Below, piece after piece: positions 58,191 through 64,000 of a DNA stretch of 64,000 bases. Below the pieces are notes generated by a model that saw nothing but the letters and a program-made list of their open reading frames with translations, was not told the origin of the DNA and made no database searches. The first letter of the stretch is position 1. Each line of letters opens with the position of its first letter. The DNA comes from Spirochaetia bacterium (lineage in GTDB: Bacteria > Spirochaetota > Spirochaetia > SZUA-6 > Bin103). The stretch covers positions 64,001 to 128,000 of the forward strand of contig CBDBOV010000006.1 of the NCBI GenBank assembly GCA_965208575.1, written 5' to 3'. A program made the translations under genes and the position numbers.

Positions 58191-58415
58191 TCAGATAAAC
58201 ACCGCGGGCGATACCCCGAACCTCCGGCTGAGCGCCCTAACCTGCCGAATGTTCAATTGCCGGCGGCCGCGAAGCACCTCAGACACCACACCCTGACTGC
58301 CGATTTACGGCACGTTGGACTGCGTGAGCCCGTGCTCGCCCATCAGGTACTCAAGCACGGCAACGGGATTTCCGGATGGCTCGGGATCATGCTCGCGCTC
58401 GTAGCTGTCTACTAG
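58191..58415 (-). pseudogene. higA: HigA antitoxin C-terminal part (internal stop)
   Basis: LVDSYE...LMGEHGLTQSNVP*IGSQGVVSEVLRGRRQLN; continues the 60490-60670 fragment. Confidence 0.85.
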
Positions 58416-60489
58416 CGTGAGTTTCCTAGTTATTTCGGGTGGCTGGTAGTTTGAGTGGATAAGTCATTTTAGGATAGCAAGTTACTCGCTATCCTGTCGG
58501 ACGGGGCTTGTATACACTGACCGTGGTGCTGTCAGGGATGGGCGTGTCGGTATACGTCAAGTAGGCGGCACAGTTTGTCTTGCAGGGACGACCGTTCAGA
58601 GAGCACGTATTGAGCCCGGTAGCGCCCTCTGGTGGCCGGCTCAGGCGCGGCGTAGAGGTTGACCACTTCGGTCACGCCGCTGAGTTCCGTCAGTAGTTGC
58701 TCGATGGTAAGGAGTTGTCCGCCGTCGGCCGCCTTGCGTTGCAGCAGCGAACTCAGCAGCAGTGCCAACACACAATAGAACACGTGTACGCGCAGCTTCT
58801 GATCGGTCCAGTGGAAGGTCGGCGAGAAGCTCACCCAGTGGGGATTCTTCATCTGCTTGAACGCCCGCTCCACGTGATGTTGAGCGCGGCTGGCCAAGAT
58901 GATCTCCTGGTCGCTCCACGACTCGTTGTCGGTGCACAGGATGCGTTTGCCCAAGCGCCGGCGTTGCAAGCGCTGGTACGCTGCCCAATCGGTGCGAAAT
59001 CGAAAACTGAGCACGCCGTCGGATTCGCTGATCTGAACCTTGAGAATCTGCTTTACGTACTGACCCGAGGTGATCGTGTCGAAATGCTTCTGCAAGGATG
59101 CTCTGCTGTAGCCTTTGCCCTTTGCTCCCGGTAGCTGGCTGCGCGCCAGCTTGCTGCGCAAGGCGCGCAACGCAGCGCGCTTCTTGCGCAACGCGTGGTT
59201 GATCCCAGCCAGCTGCCCGTCCAGCAACCGGCGACTGTTGGTGACCACCACGGTGCGGCGCTCACCCCAGATCACCTTGTCGCTGCGGTAAGCGGTCACC
59301 CCGGCCAGCCGTGGGTCAGTGAAGGAGTGAAACCTGCCGGCGGGAACCGCCAGCAGATCCTCGTGCTGAGTCACGGTCAAGGAGGTGACGAAATGGTATG
59401 GGCCGGCTTGCAGCGCCTCGATATTCGCTCTCGAGGTGTTGCCGCCATCGAACACCAGCGTGACATCTTCGCAGTCCTGGGCCAACTGCTTGCAGCGGCT
59501 GATCAGCGTCTCGATCAAGCTCGAGAACATCGCGGCGTCATTCTGATTTCCCGGATACGGGTGTGAGAGCAGCGGAATGTGGTAGTCGCAGCTTACCAGG
59601 AGTGCCAAGCCCAGGATCCGCAGATCGGCGCGTTTGCTTTTCGCGTGGCCACGTTGTGCCAGTGCACTGACGGTGCGACTGTCGATGAACGTATCGAAGT
59701 TGGTCGCATCGAAGATGAGCGGTCGCAGATCGATCCGGTAGTGGTCGATCACCCGCTGCGCCAGTTGTTGCTCAATCGCGCCGATGGCAGCGCTGTCGAG
59801 CATGTTCATGTGATCCCAGAATCGCTGACTGGCGAGCGAGCGCTGTGCAGCGGGGAGCAGCCGATTCAACACCGTGCGTCGATACCACTGGTACAGAGAA
59901 GCCTTGCTGGAGGCGGCCACACAACGGTTCAGCGCCGCCACCAGCAGATACTGTCCGCAGGACAGTCCTTGGTCTCGCTTGGGGACCTGGGTATCGATAA
60001 GGCCCACCACATCCAACTCTTGGGCGATCTGCCAGAGCGCGGCCAACGCACCGAACTGAATGACCTTCGCCTTTGCCGGTCGGGTGGGAGCCTCACGGAG
60101 GCGCTGGAGCAACTTCTCTGCGCTGCCGAGATGTTCGAGGACGATGGGACGTGGTTTGCCGTTGACGCGTCTGGACTCGACGATCTGCCAGTAGGTGTGC
60201 CCGCGGGAGACCTTTTTCTGGAGGGTGGCCACTGCAATCAGTGTATACACTTAGTACGGAGACAGTCAAGGAGAACCGGCATGAGTGGGTCGGAAGGATC
60301 GAAGAGGGGATACTTCGAGTAGTATTGAGGAAGCTGTCCGGCACGGCGCTCGATATATTCAGTGTATACACTGATCCTCTCAAGAGGAGAGTCCACTTCC
60401 GTGAACCTATCTTGTTTCATGGTAACAACTTATCTGGATGAACCAGAGAATCCCGCGGTCAAATCAACGGGATAAGTAGGAAGGTCAGG
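58416..60489 (-). mobile_element. IS1634-family element A, complete
   Basis: CTAG target duplication (58412-58415, 60490-60493); imperfect terminal IRs CGTGAGTTTCCTAGTTAT / CCTGACCTTCCTACTTAT. Confidence 0.9.
58532..60232 (-). CDS. IS1634-family transposase
   Basis: YWQIVESRRVNGKPR, FDATN, GHAK, FDGG, VERAFKQMK, HVFYCVLA. Confidence 0.92.
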   Translation of the reverse strand: MATLQKKVSRGHTYWQIVESRRVNGKPRPIVLEHLGSAEKLLQRLREAPTRPAKAKVIQFGALAALWQIAQELDVVGLIDTQVPKRDQGLSCGQYLLVAALNRCVAASSKASLYQWYRRTVLNRLLPAAQRSLASQRFWDHMNMLDSAAIGAIEQQLAQRVIDHYRIDLRPLIFDATNFDTFIDSRTVSALAQRGHAKSKRADLRILGLALLVSCDYHIPLLSHPYPGNQNDAAMFSSLIETLISRCKQLAQDCEDVTLVFDGGNTSRANIEALQAGPYHFVTSLTVTQHEDLLAVPAGRFHSFTDPRLAGVTAYRSDKVIWGERRTVVVTNSRRLLDGQLAGINHALRKKRAALRALRSKLARSQLPGAKGKGYSRASLQKHFDTITSGQYVKQILKVQISESDGVLSFRFRTDWAAYQRLQRRRLGKRILCTDNESWSDQEIILASRAQHHVERAFKQMKNPHWVSFSPTFHWTDQKLRVHVFYCVLALLLSSLLQRKAADGGQLLTIEQLLTELSGVTEVVNLYAAPEPATRGRYRAQYVLSERSSLQDKLCRLLDVYRHAHP

Positions 60490-60670
60490 CTAGGCTGCCA
60501 AGCGTCTCCATCAGCGAAGCCCACAGGTGGTCCTCATTCTCGCCGAACTCGTCGGTGACGCTGTCCAGAAGCGAGCGAAGCTCACGGTACGCTTCCTCCG
60601 TATGCGGCACGGCGAGCGTCTCACCGATCTTCGGCCATGCCTCGGACAGGTTTTGGAGTTCGCGAATCAT
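60490..60670 (-). pseudogene. higA: HigA antitoxin N-terminal part
   Basis: PHTEEAY..L..LLD...E.H..ASLMETLGSL, cut at CTAG. Confidence 0.85.
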
Positions 60671-60675
60671 GCCTT

Positions 60676-60717
60676 CTACTCCTTCCAGGACCCTCTGTCA
60701 TACTCGGCGTGCGTCAG
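60676..60717 (-). pseudogene. higB: HigB toxin C-terminal remnant
   Basis: LTHAEYDRGSWKE* directly upstream of higA. Confidence 0.7.
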
Positions 60718-60721
60718 AGCT

Positions 60722-61035
60722 CCAACCTCGAACAGATCGCGGACGCGGCACGGGGGCTATGCGACACCTTCTGCTGGATCCGTACCACACCGTGCGATGA
60801 AGCGGTGCACAACACGTGCCCTGCGGATCTTCATCGGTTCGCGGCCGACTGCCGCGCCTACAACGCCATAGCCGATTCGGTTATGCGTCGGTGCGCGTTC
60901 CGAAACTCGATCTGTCCAGCTTCACGTGCACCATGGGGCCGGATCTGTACGCAGACCATGTGCACTTTCATCCCCACATTTAGGCATCTCAGGCGGCTCT
61001 CATCGCCGGGTGGTTTTGGGCTGCTACCCCAGGTA
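60722..61035 (+). pseudogene. SGNH/GDSL hydrolase C-terminal remnant
   Basis: NLEQI...WIRTTP...YNAIAD and, after a frameshift, DLYADHVHF (DxxH). Confidence 0.55.
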
Positions 61036-61049
61036 CATCAAGCCACTCC

Positions 61050-61296
61050 CTACAGCGTCGTAGACAATCTCCCGGTGACGAAGGGACTCAACTTGCGGAG
61101 CAACCTCGACGATGGACGTGCTGACGAATACCTGCCGTTCTCCCTCCATGATTTCGTCTTCAACCAGTTCGTGTTGTGTTCTACGAGATCAACAAGATCA
61201 TCATGAGGGACCAGATACCAAGTTTCATCCACCGGGAAGTTCATGAACAAGCCACGACCAACATACTTCTTATCGATGGTGACACGCCCCTTTAGC
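61050..61296 (-). pseudogene. PD-(D/E)XK-like protein, C-terminal part
   Basis: LKGRVTIDKKYVG...WYLVPHD; joins in frame to 63274-63380. Confidence 0.7.
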
Positions 61297-63273
61297 CCGA
61301 AGTTCCAGAGCGGGAATCTTGTTAATTCGTTATTGATCTGAAAATTGCGCTCAACAGCCGATGTCCGTTACTGGCTACACTTGGGCGCTGACCTCCAGGA
61401 GATCGAAACAGCGCTGCTGCAGCGCGGTCGGTTCGCTGTGCATGGTGAACGTGGCGCCGCTATCCACTATCCGCACGCGGTTGGCCGTCAGCGTCCCCAA
61501 CTCGCTCATCAGGCTGCGAAAGCTGTGCACCGGCAGACCGTCGTCGGTACGCTTGCTCGCCGCCTTCCGGTGTGCGGCCGGTGAGCGTTCCGCCGGTTGC
61601 ACCACCGACTCGCGCAGCGCCTCGCCGGCGGCGCGGTCGTGGTCGTCGAACAGCACCGGCGCCAGCTTGCTGCGCATGTGCCACTCCACGTAGTAGGCCA
61701 GCATGCACAGGAACACGTGCGCCCGCACCCGGTCAGCACTGCGGTGATAGATCGGTCGCACCTTCAGATCCACCGTTTTCATGCTGCGGAAGGCGCGCTC
61801 CACCTTGGCCAGATCCTTGTACGCCGTCACCGTCTGCTCGGCGTCGAACAGCTCCGGCTCCACGTTGGAGCGCACGATGTAGAGCCCGTCCAGTTCTTCC
61901 TCGGCCGCGATCTTGTCCAGGTCACGCACGAACGAGAACGAGTCGTCGGTGATGGTGGTGGTGAAATGCTTGCCCACCTTGTAGTGGTTGATCACCTTGC
62001 CCACCCGCAGGCCGATCGCGGCGGCGCCGCGCAGCGGCTTTTTGGCGCGCTGCGTGGCCGTCACGATCGGCGTCAGTTCCTCCTCCGTGGAGGCCAGCAA
62101 CTTCTGCCTCTTGCGCTGCCGTTGCTCGGCCAGGATCGGGTTGCGGCACACGATCAGCCGCTCGCCGGGGAACTCGGGTGAGCTGATCTCCGCCAGGTCA
62201 CGCTCGTCGAACATGGTCTGCGCCACTTCGCCGGCCTCGATCAGCTTGCGGATGGTGGGCGCCCGCAGGGTCGTGATCCAGCGCAGGCCGTCGATCCCCT
62301 GCAGGTCCTCGCGGATGCGCGCGCCGGTGAGCATGCCGCGGTCGCCGACCAGCACGACGCGCTGCAAGCCGAAACGGTTGCGAATCTTGTCGACCTGAGC
62401 GGCGACCGTCTTGGGGTCACTGGTGGAGCCCTCGAATACCTCGACGGCGATGGGACAGCCGTCTGCGGTACACAGCAGGCCGAACACGATCTGCAAGGTG
62501 CCGCGTTTGCCGTCGCGGCTGTGACCACGGCGCGCCAACGGGCAGGTGTGGCCATGGAAGTAACTGGAAGTCAGGTCGTACAACATGAGCGTGTTGTCAT
62601 GCAGATGGCGCTTGGCCAAGCGCTGCTCGATGCCGTGCTGGCGAGCGAGCAGCCAATCCATGGCGGCATACAGCTCATTCTCGTCGACGGCTCCCAACTG
62701 CAGCAGGTGGCCGAGGGAGGAGACGGCGCTTTCGGGGTTGAGGCCGCGAGCGGTGGCGAGTTTGGAGCGAGCGTCGACGACGCGAGCGACGATCATGGCG
62801 ACGACCAGGTCGCGTTCACGGGAGGCGGGACGAGCGACGAGGGAATGGAGGGAGAGCTTGCGGAGGGAACCGAGGACGGCGGCGACGTGGCCGTGGGGAT
62901 AGCTGCGCAAGATGGAGAGCAGTTCGTTGGGAGAGCGCAGAGCGATACCGCCGTTGAGGAGGACGCGCAAACCCTCGACGAGGTGATCGGGCCACTTGGA
63001 GAGGTTGGCGATGGTGCGTTTTTTGACCTTGCCGTGCTGGCGGAAGGACTCGCGGAGGAGGACGGCCGGGGGAGAGTTGCGGTTGGGGACGGTGTCGATG
63101 TACATGGGCACCCTACGGAGGGAATGGTAGATCATTTAATAATTACATGTCAACCAGATGAGAGAAAATTAACGCTGAACCACAGGACTATTTACATGGA
63201 CACGATTTACACCCATGAACACGCTAATTCCTGTAATAGGAAACAGTTACAAGAACGGCCTCTCAAACCTCGG
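61297..63273 (-). mobile_element. IS1634-family element B, complete
   Basis: TTTAGC target duplication (61291-61296, 63274-63279); IRs CCGAAGTTCCAGAG / CCGAGGTTTGAGAG. Confidence 0.9.
61375..63105 (-). CDS. IS1634-family transposase
   Basis: LLRESFR, YDLTSSY, GHSRD, GDRGM, VERAFR, HVFLCMLAYY. Confidence 0.95.
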   Translation of the reverse strand: MYIDTVPNRNSPPAVLLRESFRQHGKVKKRTIANLSKWPDHLVEGLRVLLNGGIALRSPNELLSILRSYPHGHVAAVLGSLRKLSLHSLVARPASRERDLVVAMIVARVVDARSKLATARGLNPESAVSSLGHLLQLGAVDENELYAAMDWLLARQHGIEQRLAKRHLHDNTLMLYDLTSSYFHGHTCPLARRGHSRDGKRGTLQIVFGLLCTADGCPIAVEVFEGSTSDPKTVAAQVDKIRNRFGLQRVVLVGDRGMLTGARIREDLQGIDGLRWITTLRAPTIRKLIEAGEVAQTMFDERDLAEISSPEFPGERLIVCRNPILAEQRQRKRQKLLASTEEELTPIVTATQRAKKPLRGAAAIGLRVGKVINHYKVGKHFTTTITDDSFSFVRDLDKIAAEEELDGLYIVRSNVEPELFDAEQTVTAYKDLAKVERAFRSMKTVDLKVRPIYHRSADRVRAHVFLCMLAYYVEWHMRSKLAPVLFDDHDRAAGEALRESVVQPAERSPAAHRKAASKRTDDGLPVHSFRSLMSELGTLTANRVRIVDSGATFTMHSEPTALQQRCFDLLEVSAQV

Positions 63274-63380
63274 TTTAGCTGGACCCGCAATGTCTGATCT
63301 CCATCTATGTGATAGGCGAGAAAGTCAGCACCCTGCCAATCATCGTTCAACTTGATGCAGTTGAAACCATATTCAGCTAG
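63274..63380 (-). pseudogene. PD-(D/E)XK-like protein, middle part
   Basis: LAEYGFNCIKLNDDWQGADFLAYH...LRVQLK. Confidence 0.7.
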
Positions 63381-63679
63381 CGTGAGTTTCCTAGTTATTG
63401 CGGGTGGCTTGCAGTCTGAGTAGATAAGTCATTTTAGGATAGCAAGTTACTCGCTATCCTGTCGGACGGGGCTTGTATACACTGACCGTGGTGCTGTCAG
63501 GGATGGGCGTGTCGGTATACGTCAAGTAGGCGGCACAGTTTGTCTTGCAGGGACGACCGTTCAGAGAGCACGTATTGAGCCCGGTAGCGCCCTCTGGTGG
63601 CCGGCTCAGGCGCGGCGTAGAGGTTGACCACTTCGGTCACGCCGCTGAGTTCCGTCAGTAGTTGCTCGATGGTAAGGAG
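63381..63679 (-). mobile_element. Second copy of IS1634 element A (right end), interrupted by IS3
   Basis: Near-identical to 58416-58714 and again preceded by CTAG. Confidence 0.92.
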
Positions 63680-64000
63680 TGGAGTTGCCCCACTTTCGTG
63701 GACACATTAGGAGTGAGGCGGAATGAGGAGGCAACGATGCCGAAGACACATCGACCATACGCGCCTGAGTTTCGCCAGCAGATGGTCGAGCTGGTGCAGT
63801 CTGGGCGCACGCCCGAGGAGTTGGCGCTGGAGTACGAGCCGTCTGCGGGCGCGATCCGCAACTGGGTGGCGCAGCAGGAGCGGGACGCTGGACGCCGCGA
63901 GGACGGGTTGAGCAGCGATGAACGCCAGGAGCTGCGCCGACTGCGGCGAGAGAACAAGCAACTGCGGATCGAGCGTGACATCCTAAAAAAAGCAGCGGCC
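63680..64000 (+). mobile_element. IS3-family element, left end
   Basis: TG-start IR TGGAGTTGCCCCACTTTCGTGGACAC followed by orfA. Confidence 0.88.
63737..64000 (+). CDS. IS3 transposase OrfA (partial)
   Basis: MPKTHRPYAPEFRQQMV...IRNWV...ELRRLRRENKQLRIERDILKKAA; A7 slippery run near 63985. Confidence 0.9.
   Translation, partial: MPKTHRPYAPEFRQQMVELVQSGRTPEELALEYEPSAGAIRNWVAQQERDAGRREDGLSSDERQELRRLRRENKQLRIERDILKKAAA

Noticed and set aside
60238-60441. Small ORFs upstream of the IS1634-A transposase
   Set aside because: No recognisable motif; the region is better explained as a non-coding end with palindromes.

Overview
A high-GC bacterial chromosomal segment. The solute-binding-protein style, sulfatase, FG-GAP repeat protein and toxin-antitoxin (TA) load suggest a host-associated, possibly Spirochaetota-like organism; this is inference only. 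Both ends are nested mobile-element graveyards. Left (1-6.9 kb): a DDE transposase pseudogene is split by an ExeA-ATPase/DDE element and by a ~2.9 kb IS110 that appears to carry an RHH gene and an ORF-less group II intron-like RNA; a RIT-type integrase remnant follows. Right (58.2-64 kb): two IS1634 types and an IS3 interrupt higA and a PD-(D/E)XK gene. The middle is metabolic and transport genes: pepP, sulfatase, TauD-like dioxygenase, sugar, peptide and ABC-2 transporters, GH42, three SDRs, an enolase-family enzyme, a lyase and hydrolases. Small accessory cassettes sit between them: four intact VapBC-type pairs, many toxin-less antitoxins, three AAA ATPases, Uma2, a HEPN/Toprim protein and a tandem TIR-TIR pair. 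The best candidate for an undescribed system is a coupled three-gene operon at 50.9-52.4 kb: a stand-alone colicin-E3-like RNase, an unknown acidic protein and an ImmA/IrrE metallopeptidase. It lies in a ycaQ-HAD hotspot where two alternative cargo cassettes appear stacked in tandem. No rRNA, tRNA or CRISPR array was recognised. All family calls come from motif recognition by eye, not database searches.
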